From positions 258,602,001 through 258,666,000 of the forward strand of contig OZ024742.1 in the NCBI GenBank assembly GCA_964016885.1: 64,000 bases of DNA. Direction: 5' to 3'. The position numbers and the translations under genes were made by a program. The notes under the pieces were generated by a model. It did not search any database, had not been told where the DNA came from, and saw only the letters and a list, made by a program, of their open reading frames with translations. This stretch comes from Eledone cirrhosa (taxonomy: Eukaryota). Position 1 is the first letter of the stretch. The number at the start of each line of letters is the position of its first letter. Shown here in pieces: positions 16,550 to 32,361 of the stretch.

Positions 16550-19508
16550 CTGATGGTAGCTAACGTGCTTCTATAGGCAGTATACTGGTTGAGCACTCTA
16601 TGCTCTTAGAGAGCAGAGTATGATATAATATAAAACGAAAACGCAGTGCTCCATCTGAACTCAATTTATTGTATGATTGAACCGCTCGCGCCCTGACACA
16701 GACTTCTCAACCTGTAGGCGCCATCACCCATGTCAACGTTTCACGCAGGCGTGATACATATGGGCACTTATACACCCGCAGGCATCACATACACACCCGC
16801 AACAATCACAGTAAATGTTGAAAGTGCAGCGAATACTTAGAAATAATTTTAAAAAAAATGGAAAATGGAAAAACATTTAATAGAACCATTCAGAAAAACA
16901 CACCCTCAATATACATTAAAAAACACACATGTCAAAAAAAGAACCTATAAAAAGAACGTTTTTAAAAGAATGCTTGAAATAGTCTTTCAAAAAAAGTTAT
17001 TTCAAAGGTATTTTTGATAAATATACACACATCTACACACACACTGTACTCAGGAAAGCATATACAGGTCATTGGGCGAGTATTTCCCGGCATCCCACAG
17101 GCACCACAACATATTCAACTGCCACGCCGTGAAGTTCTCCATTTCTACGGCACCCAACACGGCAGACTACATGGCCAAGGCCAACGTAATGAAAATGAGG
17201 ACACCCCACCGACAAACTTTACAGGCCTCAGGCATGTCAGGGTGGCTGAGTTGAGCGCATGCGGAGGTGGCTGGCGGTTCTTGAGATGTGCCTGGGGGCG
17301 GAGCTGTGGCCGTAGAGGATGCAACACCTGACTACAGAGACCAGCAGGTTGTGAACACCGAGTCCACCACTCTGCGGAACACCACATGACCGGGGAGAAC
17401 CCAAATAAGACGTCAGGCCCACATAAAGGGAATAACAAAAATGATGCAAGGCATGTAACTGCCGTGTAGGAGATGAGTGCCCTCTGCAGGGAATGTGCCT
17501 GACAAAGGGCGTTGTCTACAGATGTGTGGTTACCACGTGCAATGATAGGCTCACCTACATCGGGGTCACATCCACGACGTTTAAATCGAGGATGTACAAC
17601 CACAAGAACTCGTTCAAAGACAGGAACAAGAGACACTCCACCAGACTGGGGGACCTAATATCGGGACTCAAAGACAGTAGCACAGAGTTTGACCTCATCT
17701 TGTGTATTGTTCAGCGCGCGAATGCGTTCCCGGCTGGCGAGATTAGGTGCAAGTTGTGCCTGTCCGAGGCTATGGAGATAGTAAAACTAATGAGCGACGC
17801 AGTCAACCTCAAATCTGAAATCATCATGGCCTGCAGACACCAACCTAAATGAAAGCTCTCCGCTTTAGTGATACCGAATGGGTCTATCTAAGGCACTACC
17901 GGCATGACAATGCCAGGTGGGGCGCAAGCAGCGCACCATGATATACCACAGCATACCTAAGAATGCAAGGCGGAACAAGCTGATATCAACGACAGATCCA
18001 ACGATACCTACATCGTGGCGGACCTTGGATAACACCATCCCACCAACTTGGGGACGCCGACTCAATATAAATCTGATTTTGTCTACAACCTTATGTGTGG
18101 ATTTGAATTTGAATTTATGATTTTTAATTTTTAATTTTCGATTCGTGATTTTAATTTGCAACTTTGATGTTAGACTTGTTGCTGGTCTTAAGGTTAGTGT
18201 TACAGTTAATTCTAGCTTTGCCTGCCGTTGCTATATACATGCCAACAACACAAGCCGCTGGTATATTCCACTTATGCATCCATTCCATGTACATTTCATA
18301 TATACTGTTTTGAAAAGACATATACGATACATTCCCGATATATTCCATGTATGCGACCATTCCATGTACATTTCATATATACTATTATGGGAAGGATATT
18401 CTACGCATTCACAATATATATAACTTGTTTGTGTATGCACACACGGTCCCCTGTGTCCACCAATCATGAAACCTGTCTCATATGCATGGTTGATGTGCAG
18501 GCTCTTACCCAGTCCCTTGCATCGTCAGTCCTTCTGCATCTTATATGAACTTATGCATCACAGTCCTCAAGTATTTTATGCAACTTTATGCTCATCCCAA
18601 TAATCTCCGGGTGGCGTGAACAGATACCCACTCTGCATCTTTCTCATGTATACATTCCTTTTTCCAGTATTTTATTTTATTTTATTTTATTTTATGTACG
18701 TACACGCATTTATATATATATCCCCCCCCCCCACCCCCATGTTATCTGAGATTAGGGCATGGCTACTACGTAGCTATTGCATTTATGCATATTGTGCATG
18801 CACATTCAGGCTTATATCGCCACATGAATGGGTTGGGTCCAGGCTTCAAGAATGTTGTCTCATATAATATTTTATGTCCATGTGCACAGTTGCGTGTGTG
18901 TGTGGATATGTAGGTATTCATCAAGTATGTGCCTTTTTGAAATGTATAAACATGCCCATGCGCTAAGACATGTATGTATGTGTGTGCACGCACAAATGCA
19001 TACAAGCATGTGTATGCATGCCTGGGTGGTGCATTTTTAAGAACATGTCTGTGTAAGTGTATGCATATGTACGTGTAGTTCTTCCATTTTTTCATCTGTA
19101 TATATGTGCAGCGTATTAACTATATATGCTTTCCTGAGTAGAGTGTGTGTGTATAGATATGTGTATATTTATCAAAAATACCATTGAAATAACTTTTTTG
19201 AAAGGCTATTTCAAGCATTCTTTTTATAGGTTTTATTTTTTTTTTGAAATGTGTGTTTTTTAAGGTATTTTGAGGGTGTGATTTTCTGAAACGTTCTTTT
19301 AAATGTTTTTACATTTTTTTGTTTAATTCTTTTTACACATTCAATATTTAATGTGATTGTCGCATATAATACAGTTGCGGGTGTGTATGTGATCGCTGTG
19401 GGTGTATAAGTGTCCATATGTATCACGTCTGGGCGAAACATGGGCATGGGTGCGGGTGCATACAGGTTCAGAAGGCTGTGTCAGGGCGCGAGCGGTTCAA
19501 TCATACAA
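16549..19508 (+). mobile_element. PLE with inverted arms and left tail (Naiad-like GIY-YIG)
   Basis: Arms ~16669-17065 and ~19122-19508 are diverged reverse complements; a coding remnant lies between them. Confidence 0.85.
17066..17852 (+). pseudogene. PLE linker + GIY-YIG endonuclease remnant
   Basis: FPASHRHHNIFN..VKFSIS..PN, CNCRVGDECPLQGMCLTKGVVY..YIGVTSTTFKSRMYNHKNSF..STRL..CKLCLSEA..NLKSEIIMACRH. Confidence 0.9.
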
Positions 19509-19509
19509 C

Positions 19510-19922
19510 CCCTTACCTCTTACAGTAGTAATTCGGATTTAAGAAACAACTTTGATTGACAGTTGGCAAATGAATGGAACCAAATATACGACGGCCAGGA
19601 GTAGCAAAAAATACCGATGACGTGTACAATTCTTGACCACTCCTCGAATGACAACAGAATCTAAGCTGCCGAGTGAAGGCTGCGGGTGTAACTGAACATT
19701 TGGAAAATCTACCTCATAGAATCGAGACGTATCTGAGGAGCTTGCGATTTCAGAGTCTGGTTCGATCATTACGATTTTGTCGCCAGAGAAACGATTGTAA
19801 TATGTCTGATAAATTTTATTCGTCGCAACAATGCTTCTCCGTTTCTTATGTCTTATACTTTGCTCTGTAAGAGCATCGAGTGTTCAAATGGCTTAAGGAC
19901 GCTTTAAGAATCCCACACCAAT

Positions 19923-19925
<3 letters not shown>
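19510..19925. repeat. Dispersed non-coding repeat (second copy 22053-22410)
   Basis: caactttgattgacagttggcaaatgaa..aaatttattcgtcgc is shared between the copies. The end 19850-19925 resembles 23755-23835 and the reverse complement of 16549-16625. Confidence 0.8.
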
Positions 19926-19952
<27 letters not shown>

Positions 19953-19954
<2 letters not shown>

Positions 19955-20440
19955 GTATAAACAACGTTTCATATACTTAATATGTGCCACCATTGGTTTC
20001 GGTGTCCAGTCATGACCGCCACATTTAAACTGGCCTTTAATTACAAAAGTATGATAAAAGGAAGTTGTACCTATGCTAAATCTCCCTTCGAACAGTGAGG
20101 ACATTTATTTGAAACAGAGAAGCAAATCTGACCTGATATCTTTCTGTATACTATTTTATCAAAATTTCTATGGGCATTCCCTCCAGATTTGCCTCCCCTG
20201 TTGCAAATATACTTCTCTACAATTTCGAGGGCGATTTAACCTCGGGATAACAACTCTTTTTCAGATTTATGCCTATGTACCTGAATGAAAGGCCAGTTTA
20301 AATGTCTCCTACATCATGCATTGGAAGCCATTAATGGACTCCGAAACCAATGGTAACATGCATTTTAATTGTATGAAAGGTTGTTTATACAAAATAAGCC
20401 CTTTTTCAACATATCTTTCTTCCACCGATTTCTACTAACG
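19953..20440. repeat. Inverted-arm + tail mini element between (TA)n runs
   Basis: gtataaacaac..ccattggtttcgg..acatttaaactggccttt versus aaaggccagtttaaatgt..ccgaaaccaatgg..gttgtttatac. Tail ~20393-20440. Confidence 0.75.
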
Positions 20441-21326
<886 letters not shown>

Positions 21327-21379
21327 ATATATATATATATATGTGCCAAAAAGGAGTAACAATTATATATATATATATA

Positions 21380-21572
21380 TAATTGTTACTTCTTTTTGGC
21401 ACAAGGCTAGCAATTACCTAGTGCATTACTGGTACTTTATTTTATCGACCCCGTAAGGATGAAAGGCAAAGTTAACCTCGGTGGGATTTGAACTCAGAAT
21501 GGCAAGGGCCGTGACTCTATACGTCAAAGCATGGCGTCCGACTCTCTACCGATACTGCGAATCCACCGCCAT
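21380..21572 (-). mobile_element. tRNA-derived SINE, near full length
   Basis: Reverse complement of the 33462 family, including the A-box-like (cgcagtatcgg) and B-box-like (gagttcaaatccc) motifs. Confidence 0.85.
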
Positions 21573-21577
21573 ATCAT

Positions 21578-21933
<356 letters not shown>

Positions 21934-22409
21934 AAATAAAACGAAATATCAGTGATGCATCTGAACTCAATTTATTGTGTGTTACAATTGTTTCGGCGGC
22001 GGACAGCTCGAGACACGATCATTGTGTGGATCTGTGTGATTCTGGAGAATCAGGTTACCTCCTACATTAGTAATTCCGTAATAAGAATCAACTTTGATTG
22101 ACAGTTGGCAAATGAAAGGAACCAAATATACGACAGATATGAGTGGCCAAAAATACCCGTGACGTGTACAATTATTGACCACTCATCGAATGACAACAAC
22201 AGGATCTAAGCTGCCGAGTGCAGGCCGCGGGAGTAACTAGACATTTGGAAACTCTGCTTCGTAGAATCGATAAGTATCTGAGGACCTTGCCATTTCAGAG
22301 TCAGGTTCGATCATTACAACGATCGTTCCTTAAGCTGGTCGACAGAGAAACGATTGTAATATGTCTAATAAATTTTATTCGTCGCCACACTAATTCTCAG
22401 TTTCTTATG

Positions 22410-22483
<74 letters not shown>

Positions 22484-22600
22484 ATAATAATAAATTTGAA
22501 GACTAAAATCCAAAGAGGGCTCGATAAGGATAAATATATAACAAATATATAAGAACCGTAGAGCAAATATTTATTAAAATAACTTTAATCTGTTATTTTA

Positions 22601-23487
<887 letters not shown>

Positions 23488-23504
23488 TATATATATATAT
23501 ATAT

Positions 23505-23836
23505 AAAACAGAAAAAGGAGAATCAGTGTTGCGACGAAAGGAATTTATTGGACATATTAAAAATATTTCTAGGGCGACCAGCTCGAGGCATCATCGATAT
23601 GGTGATCACACCTGAATCTGATATCAACACGGTCGTCAGATACGCCTCGATTCTACGAAGCAGATTTTCCTATAGTCCTTAAACATCGAATTTCTTTGTA
23701 ATATGTCCAATAAATTCCTTTCGTTGCAACACTGATTATCTTTTTTCTGTGATATCATACTCTGCTCTACAAGGGCATTGTGTGCTCACACGACCTACCG
23801 CATACGGACGCTTTAAGCATCCAACACCAATTATAC
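23505..23836. repeat. Inverted-arm + tail mini element
   Basis: acagaaaaagg..atcagtgttgcgacgaaaggaatttattggacatat versus atatgtccaataaattcctttcgttgcaacactgat..ttttctgt. Tail 23751-23836. Confidence 0.8.
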
Positions 23837-24705
23837 ATACATATATATAATAAATATATATATATATATATATATATCTATTAAAATAACAGATTAAAGT
23901 TTAAGCAAAGAATCACTGTTTTCACCCTTAACTGGATCTTCTAGAACTAGCAAAGTCAATCTGTGAACGCAGAAGTGAATATTTCAAAAAACGTTGCAAC
24001 CGGAAGAAGACAGGAAGACGATACTTTTGTTCGTGGAAACGTTCCCTGTCAAAGAACGGGAAAAAACGAATATTTTACGTCATTATTAGGAGCTGTGAAA
24101 AACAATTACACGCAAAGACAAAACCACGTTTATGGTATAAAAGAAGTCGTAGAATAATATTCTATTAGGTGGTACATAGAGACGTTCAATAATAGATCAT
24201 TTCCCCTCTCTATAATTTAACTACTTTACTCTCGCTGTCGCTCTTCACTCCCTATATGACAACACTACAGAGAGAGATAGGCCGTTAGACAGAGAAAGAT
24301 ACAATTAAAGTGTTAGATATTCAGAGAGAGAGGGGGGTTCTCCAGCAAACTTTAGTTAACGTTCAGTCACATGTGATATATCTTTGATCTGTCGTTGCTC
24401 GTATAGCACACACACACACATACACACGATACTTATATAAAGCTGAGCGTCGTGTGTATGTATGTATCCTACACACCTCCCTATTCTATTTAACCTAAAA
24501 TACTTTTATATCCATCTCTTAGTGAAGCATTTCCAATTCATTATACGTAAACAATGACATTAATGTTTCACTTTTAGCTTAGCATTTTACATTCAATGCC
24601 TCCCTTTTTTAATGCAACTTTTTATTGAAACGACTACGTGCTCTCATTGGTTCAGTATTTAACCTAAAATACTTTTACACTGCTTCTATAGTATCGTTAT
24701 ACGAT

Positions 24706-27700
24706 ATGCCTAAACGAAAACGACCAGTATTTTCTTCTAAACGAAATAAAGCCCTTAAATTGCGAAGAATGGGGGTGCGTGCGCAGGTACGTTTTTTTAT
24801 CGATATCCTTTGTTATTTTGCTTCTTTTATCTCCATAAATATATTATTTCTGTTTTGAGAAGTTGTCAAACAGTAATGGCCGAGTTAAAGCATTCAGCTT
24901 TTTTTTTAACTCCAGGAGACATCGGATGCAAGAGAGGCTCGTCTTACTGCCCAGCGCATTCAGCGCCAACGCTCACGTCTCGTCGAGACTCCGGAGGCAA
25001 AGGATGCCCGTCTTACTGCCCAGCGCACTCGCGACCAACGCTCACGTCTCGGGGAGACTTCGGAGGCAAGGGAGGCCCGTCTTGCTGCCGACCGCAATCA
25101 GCACCAACTCTCACTCCTCGAGGAGACTCCGGAGGCAAGGGAGGCCCGTCTTTCTGCGCAGCGCGATCAGCGCCAACGCTCACGTCTCGAAGAGACTCCG
25201 GAGGCAAAGGAGGACCGTCTCTCTGATCAGCGCACTCGAAACCAACCCTCACTTCTCGACGAGACGCCCGAGGCAAGGGAGGCCCGTCTTTCTGCGCAGC
25301 GCGATCAGCGCCAACGCTCACGTCTCGAAGAGACTCCGGAGGCAAAGGAGGACCGTCTCTCTGATCAGCGCACTCGAAACCAACTCTCACTTCTCGACGA
25401 GACTCCGGAGGCAAGGGAGGACCGTCTTTCTGACCAGCGCACTCGACGTCAACGCTCAAGTGTCAACGAGACTCCGGAGGCAAGGGAAGAAAGGCTGGCA
25501 GGTAGACGGCGTAAACGTCAAGAAAATGCTGCTACTACAAGGGACACTTTTTGCTTAAAAGCTGGCTGTAACTACAAACCTTCTGATTTGGCTCTTGGAA
25601 AAATGGATAAGGTATGTCAGTCTTGCGGGGCTAAGAAGTGGGTCGGTGAGGCTCCAGGTCTTTGCTGTTCCGGGGGCAAAGTTCGACTTTAGGCGCTGGC
25701 TGATCCTCCTGATTTGCTGCAAAATCTTCTAATTGGTAACTCTGACTACGGAGTGAAGTTTCGCAATAGAATTTGGAGATACAATTCATGCTTCGCTATG
25801 ACATCATTTGGTGTAAGGGATGGCAGAAACAACAAAAAGAACAACAACAACAGCAACAACACCGGTGTCTCCAGAAATTGTGACAACAACGAACAAAGAA
25901 AAAATATAAACTTTACACCTACAAAATTCAAGGTCAGTGTTACCACCTAATGGGAAGCCTTCTCCCTCAGCTAGGCGAGGAGCTTAAATTCGTCCAGCTA
26001 TTCTTCATGGGCGGGAATGATGAGGAAGTTTCCCAAAGATGCAAGATCAAATCATCTGTTGACGGGAACATTGTTGTGGAACTTCCAACCATGCTCCATG
26101 CAACCCACCCGTCACCCGTACGTCCGTGAAGAGTGCTTTGGAGCTTTTGGACTCTAGACACGAGATGAAATTGGTCAACAGAGCTTACAGACGACCTGCA
26201 GGTCGGCATCCTGGATGTTTCAATGCTCCAATTATGAACGAGGTGGCAGCAATCATGGTTGACGAAAATCATGGTGCACGTGACATCATCATTCGGCATT
26301 GCAATAGCAGACTGACGTTCGTTGCAGAAACCCATCGGTCGTACGATTGCTTGCAGTACCCTCTTCTTTTTCCCTACGGCGAGGACGGCTACAACATCGA
26401 GATTCCCACAATTGATCCGAACTGTCTTGCTGCTTTACCAAAGAAAGTTTCCAGCATCGAATTTTATGCCATACCGACTCATGATCAGAGACGGTCAATT
26501 CAACCAACTACTTAAGTTCAAAGAGGTGACAAACCTGCTCTTGGTTGATATGCACGCAAATATTGAAGCGGAACGTCTTCTGTACATACGTACCCATCAA
26601 AAAGAACTAAGAGGGGTTCAATACGTTCATCTTAAGGATAATTTCCAGCGTGACGATGACGCAACCAATGTTGGGCATCAGGTGATCCTTCTTTCAAGCT
26701 TTAGTTGCTCACCCCGGTACATGCATAACGGACACAGGATGCCATGGCGTATGTCCGTAAGTTTGGGCGGCCGGATCTTTTTATTACCTTCACATGTAAT
26801 CCTAATTGGGTGGAGATGAAGGAGAATGTTTTCGCGGGCCAGGTGACGAGTGACAGGCATGATATTACAGCCAGTCTTCCACGGAAAGTTGAGGAAACTA
26901 ATGTGCTTGCTGAAAGATAAGGCTATCTACGGACAACTCAATGCTTGGATGTATACTGTGGAATGGCAGAAGCGGGGTCTTCCACACGCACATATTCTTA
27001 TTTGGTGCAAAGAACGAATCAGACCTACGGACTTTGATCGCGTTATATGTGCAGAGTTACCCGATCCCCAAATTGATTTGCAGCTTTACAACATTGTGCT
27101 GGCTAATATGATACATGGACCATGTGGCGCCCTTAACAGGCATAATTCATGCATGGAGGGGAACAAGTGCACCAAACACTACACCAGAGCCTTCACCAGG
27201 GAAACTTGCACTGGGGTTGACGGCTACCTCATCTACCGGCGGCGTGCTCCCGATATTGGCGACCTTTCGGTTAGGATTAAGAAGAAAGGGAAAGAATACG
27301 ACATTGACAACAGCTGGGTGGTGCCTTACAGCCCCTTGCTTGCTAAAATATTTAATGCTCACATCAATGTGGAGTCCTGCACATCTGTTAAAAGCATTAA
27401 TACATCTGCAAATACCTGAAAAATGGCGGCGACATGGTGATGGATGGCCTCAGTGATGGCGTAGAATCAAATGACGAAATTATTCAGGTCATAAGGGGAA
27501 GATACATTTCGTCCAATATGGCGGCTTGGCGCATTTTGTAGCTGGAAATTCATCCGTGTACGCCAGCAGTTGTTAACTTGGATGTTCACCTAGAGAATGG
27601 TCAACGCGTTTATTTCACCGAGGAAACCGCATCGGTTGCTGCCGAAGAGCCACCTGTGACGACGCTTACAGCATTTTTTAAGCTATGTTCTGTCGATACG

Positions 27701-29743
27701 TTTGCAGTTACCCTTCTTTACGTTGATATATCTAACTACTTCACTTGGTCGAACAAAATATGGCATCGGCTGCGAGCGACAAGGGGAAAAAGTTGAGGAT
27801 TGGGTAGGTGTCTTCAGAAGTAATGCCATCGGACGCGTGTACAATGTTCATCCGAACCAACAAGAATGCTTTTCCCTGCCAATGTTGCTGCATCAAATCA
27901 AAGGGCCTAAGTCATTCGCCGACCTAAGACTTTTGGATGGCCACATTTGTTCCAGTTACAGGGACGCGTGCGTGAAGCGCGGGCAACTCGAGGATGATGC
28001 CCACCTGAACGTGGCGTTGACAGAGGCTGCTGAATGTAAGATTCCTCGAGAAATGAGACGTCTGTTTTGCATAACGTTATTGTTCTGCGGCATAGGTGAG
28101 CCCCTTAAGATTTGGGAAACACATAAGGACAACACGTCAGAAGACATCCTCCGTAGACTACGAGCAAAGATCCAGCGGCTGGCTTAGCTTTCAACGATGC
28201 GGTGTACAATGAGGCCCTCATCGACATGGACAACCATCTTAAAGCTCTTGGAGTTGGTGGTGTATCTGATTTCCGTCTGCCACAACCTCGAAACACTCAG
28301 TGCTTTAGATCTGGTTTTTATGCGTGAGTTAAATTACAACATCGACGATATGACACATCAGGTAGATCAGGGCGAACCCAGACTTTTGCATGGCCAGAGA
28401 CGGGCATATGACAGAATTCTCTCCAGTGTCAATTCAAATGAGGGACGGCTATTTTTCTTGGATGCTCCTGGCGGAACAGGAAAAGGTTTTCTCATCAAAC
28501 TTTTACTTGCGAAGCTAGGAAAAGACAAGCGGATTGCTTTAGCACGTCTCCAGTTGTATTGCGGCGACACTGTAAGATGGCGGTCGAACGGCACACTCTG
28601 CATTCAAATTGCCTTTGGACATTGCAAAGAAGGAGAATCCTACATGTAGAGTAGATCATGGCGACCCTAAAGCACATCTTCTTTCTGAGTGCTGCCTGAT
28701 AATATGGGACGAGGCCATGAGTCACAAGGCGGTCTTTGAGGTTCTGGATCGAACTCTCAAGGACTTGCATCGGAACTCACGCGTCATGGGTGGAGCGACA
28801 TTATTGCTGCTGGCGATTTCCGACAGACTCTTCCTGTTTTCACTAGAGGCACTAGAGCTGATGAAGTGAACGCATGCATCAAGTCGTCCCACGTATGGCA
28901 GTATGTCCATAAACTACATCTGACTACCAACATAAGAGTGCATGTGAATGGTGACGCAGACTCCATCGATTTCTCAAAATATCTACTGGAAGTTGGTAAT
29001 GGGACTACACTTGCAGTTGATGAAGAGCATATCCGTTTGCCTTTTGGGAACTTTGTGTCAAACATTGACGAATTAATGTCCTCTGTATTTCCAGACCTTG
29101 AATCACGATTCTATATTCACACCTGGCTAAAAGGGAGAGCTATTTTGGCACCACACAATGCCACTGTTAACGTGATGAACCAAAAACTACTCGATCAGAT
29201 TCCCAGAAATGAAGTCTCCTTCAAGTCGATTGACACCAATAAATCGCAGACGACGCCGTCATCTAACCAATTGAATTCCTCAACAGTCCACTACCTCCAG
29301 GGCTTCCTCCTCATGATCTGAAACTGAAGGTTGGTGTGCCAGTTATACTGCTGAGAAACCTGGATGCACCAGAGTTATGCAACGGAACGCGTTTAATCAT
29401 AAAAAAAATAAGGAACCAAATTCTGGAGACAACGAGTTTGAGCGGACCCGCTGCTGGCGTGACCAGGTTAATTACCCCTATGAGCCTTAGTCCCTCTGAC
29501 GTCCCCTAAGAATTTACGCGACGGCAGTTTCCCACAAAACACTGCTTTGCAATGAGCATTAACAAAGCACAAAGACAATCGATGCAAATGGTTGGCCTAA
29601 ATCTAACACAGCAGGTATTTGCCCATGGTCAACTATACGGCGGATGCTCCCGCGTCGGCAGTCCACACAATCTCTTCATTTGTTTCATTTGTGGTAACCC
29701 GGGCAACACCAGGAACGTTGTCTACAAAGAAGCCCTGCAATAA
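24706..29743 (+). pseudogene. Helitron RepHel (STPR-like repeats, Zn-finger, HUH Rep, PIF1 helicase) with stops and frameshifts
   Basis: GKMDKVCQSCGAKKW..CCSGGKV, YDCLQYPLLFPYGEDGY, GRPDLFITFTCNP, VEWQKRGLPHAHIL, MIHGPCG, AHINVE, VHLENGQRVYF, LDAPGGTGK, IIWDEA, SINKAQRQS..HGQLY..CSRV. Confidence 0.95.
24916..25536 (+). repeat. Nine 69-bp coding repeats (23-aa STPR-like, ETPEAREARL...)
   Basis: GAG-ACN unit starts at 24916, 24985, 25054, 25123, 25192, 25261, 25330, 25399 and 25468. Confidence 0.9.
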
Positions 29744-30864
29744 CATCTTTGAACCCTACTCCACTCAACGTCTCTCTGTCATACCACTCTCTTCACGTCA
29801 CCCCTCAACTTATTAACTTAATAAAAAGTCGCCCCGAGTAGCCCCGAGTGCACCCGAGCTCAGCTGCTAGTATATATATATATAAGGAAAAGACAGTGAA
29901 CATGTTGATGCTTGATCGTGTGACTTAGAAAGGTTCATCATAACACCACAAAGACGTGGTTGAATTCAGTAGTGGTATTATATATATATGTGTGGGCATT
30001 TTACGTTGAATTTCTTGGGGACAGAACTTTAGGTAGAGATTTAGGGCAAGGAAGAGATAAGGAAGGAAAGAGCGTCTGAAAGGGACACAATTCTGTATGT
30101 GGTAAAAGTATAGGTAAATGGATAGACAGTTTAAATGTTTGGATTAATTTCGCACTACTACCTGTTCCGAAACGAAAATATCTCAAAATCAACGATGGGG
30201 ATTTGAGTAAAGTAAAGCATGACTATGAATTTAAGGACATTGTATCATTTCGTTAGTACAGGTCACCTTGGGATATAATAAGTCAGTGACAGAATTTTAC
30301 GTCTCACTGGCACAATCAATCGCTGTAGCCCAGCTTCATCGGATATGTGAGATCATTGGGAAGCTGCTGGCGTCAGTGTGTCACTTGGGTCTTCTGATTT
30401 GTGTCGCTGGCAAGCTAGATATTAAATAGATGGTCATTGTCATATTTGTAAGGTCTGATATTGATATTGTGATGGTGACCTTACTGGTTTTTGCTGTCTG
30501 CCACATATTTTCACACTAGTCGTCTGCAACTAAATTATTGTTTTTAATGTCTGTTAGCAACCTTCAAATTGTTGACCATGTATATTCCACGTGAGTTCAA
30601 TTGTGCATTGCTTCCTAGAGCGAGATATTATATTGCACGTTATTCCTGTCCTCACACGTGATAAAATGGCTTCTGTCTGTAATTCAAAGAGCGAGCCATG
30701 TCAGACTGTATACAGTGAGTAATGTCGCTGTAGACTGCGTTATATATATAGAAATCAGTGGAATACTCAGTCAGTTGAACATTAATTTAATTTGAAAGTT
30801 GTTCGAACAACCTATTTGAGGGAATACACGGATGCTCTCTCTTTCTTTCTCTCTCTCTCTCTCT

Positions 30865-30938
<74 letters not shown>

Positions 30939-30985
30939 ATTTAAATATCAAGACCAAAGAGGTATGTCATATATCAAATCATATA

Positions 30986-31050
30986 TTTTCTCTGAAGAGG
31001 GCGTACTGGAAAAAAAACAACACAGTACCTTCGAAATATATATAATAAAG
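30986..31050 (+). ncRNA. Hammerhead ribozyme motif in a ~160-bp island between (TA)n runs
   Basis: CTGAAGA-GGG-cGTACTG..CAGTAC-CTTC-GAAA-TATATA-TA-ataaag. Confidence 0.7.
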
Positions 31051-31092
31051 CATATATTTTGATTATGTGAATATCTTCATTTGTTAATATTT

Positions 31093-31143
<51 letters not shown>

Positions 31144-31502
31144 GTGTGTGTGTGTTCGTGTGTTCGTGTGTGTGTGTGCGTGTGTGTGTGTGTATATGTG
31201 TGTATGCGTTCATATGCAATTCCATTTATTCAGTTTTCTATCTTGTCATATTTCCTACTAATATTTCAACTAAAATAATTAATTCTACATATTTCACTCG
31301 CTGGTTTCATATTTAGATTTATTTGAGATTCTCAATAATTAGCAAAGCTAATTATATACTTATCGTTTTATCTCCAACACAATAAATTATAGTATTCGAC
31401 AAATTCAAATATCTACACGCAAATCTAACAAGCGTTATTCCAAATTACATTGTAAACCCGAAAGCTTATAAAACCCCAATACACATTATTTAAATAAGTT
31501 TT

Positions 31503-31554
<52 letters not shown>

Positions 31555-31598
31555 GTCTCTGTGTGTGTGCGTGTGTGTGTTTGTATGTATGTATATAT

Positions 31599-31658
<60 letters not shown>

Positions 31659-31762
31659 GTATATATTGTATATATATGTATGTATATATATATATTTATA
31701 TATATATATATATACATATCTATATACATATATATATATATAACCATATATATGTGTGTGTA

Positions 31763-31829
<67 letters not shown>

Positions 31830-31970
31830 AGTTTATGTTGGTTGTATACCAACACCTCAGTATGCAGGCTGGAGCACTCGACGAGGTGCGCAGGTTGGTT
31901 TGGTTACTCCGGAGTAGTGTAAAATAAAGTTAAATAAAAGTCAAATGATTAAAATTTAGCTTCGTTTATT

Positions 31971-32025
31971 ACTGCTATATATATTTCAGTGACAGCCATC
32001 TTTGGCTGTGACCTCTTCAGGCAGT
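31971..32025 (-). ncRNA. Type-I hammerhead ribozyme (left arm)
   Basis: actgc-CTGAAGA-ggtc-ACAGCCA-aaga-TGGCTGT-cact-GAAA-TATATA-TA-gcagt. Confidence 0.85.
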
Positions 32026-32257
32026 TTGAATTAGTATGGTATAGACAAGTACATATGTTGTTTAGGTGTATGATATTGTCAATACTCTGATATGCCTAGT
32101 TCCTTGTTGGGTTGTTAATTCACTGGGGAACTGGAGTCATATATGACTCCAGTTCCCCAGTGAATTAACAACCCAACAAGGAACTGGGCATATCAGAGTA
32201 TTGACAATATCATACACCTAAACAACATATGTACTTGTCTATACCATACTAATTCAA

Positions 32258-32312
32258 ACTGCCTGAAGAGGTCACAGTCAAAGATGGCTGTCACTGAAAT
32301 ATATATAGCAGT
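32258..32312 (+). ncRNA. Type-I hammerhead ribozyme (right arm)
   Basis: Mirror copy; stem I actgc/gcagt, palindromic stem III TATATA, AUA cleavage triplet. Confidence 0.85.
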
Positions 32313-32361
32313 AATAAACGAAGCTAAATTTTAATCATTTGACTTTTATTTAACTTTATTT

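Larger units (their letters stand above)
24429..29870 (+). mobile_element. Helitron, formerly autonomous
   Basis: 5' atacttatataaagctgagcgtcgtgtgtatgtatgt; 3' GC-rich subterminal tract then CTAG|t at 29867-29870; encloses a RepHel remnant. Confidence 0.93.

Noticed and set aside
24810-25558. ORF-track proteins 24810-25226, 24863-25558 and 25013-25459
   Set aside because: They are shadow frames of the 69-bp repeat; the third plus frame (ETPEAR..) continues into the Helitron zinc finger.
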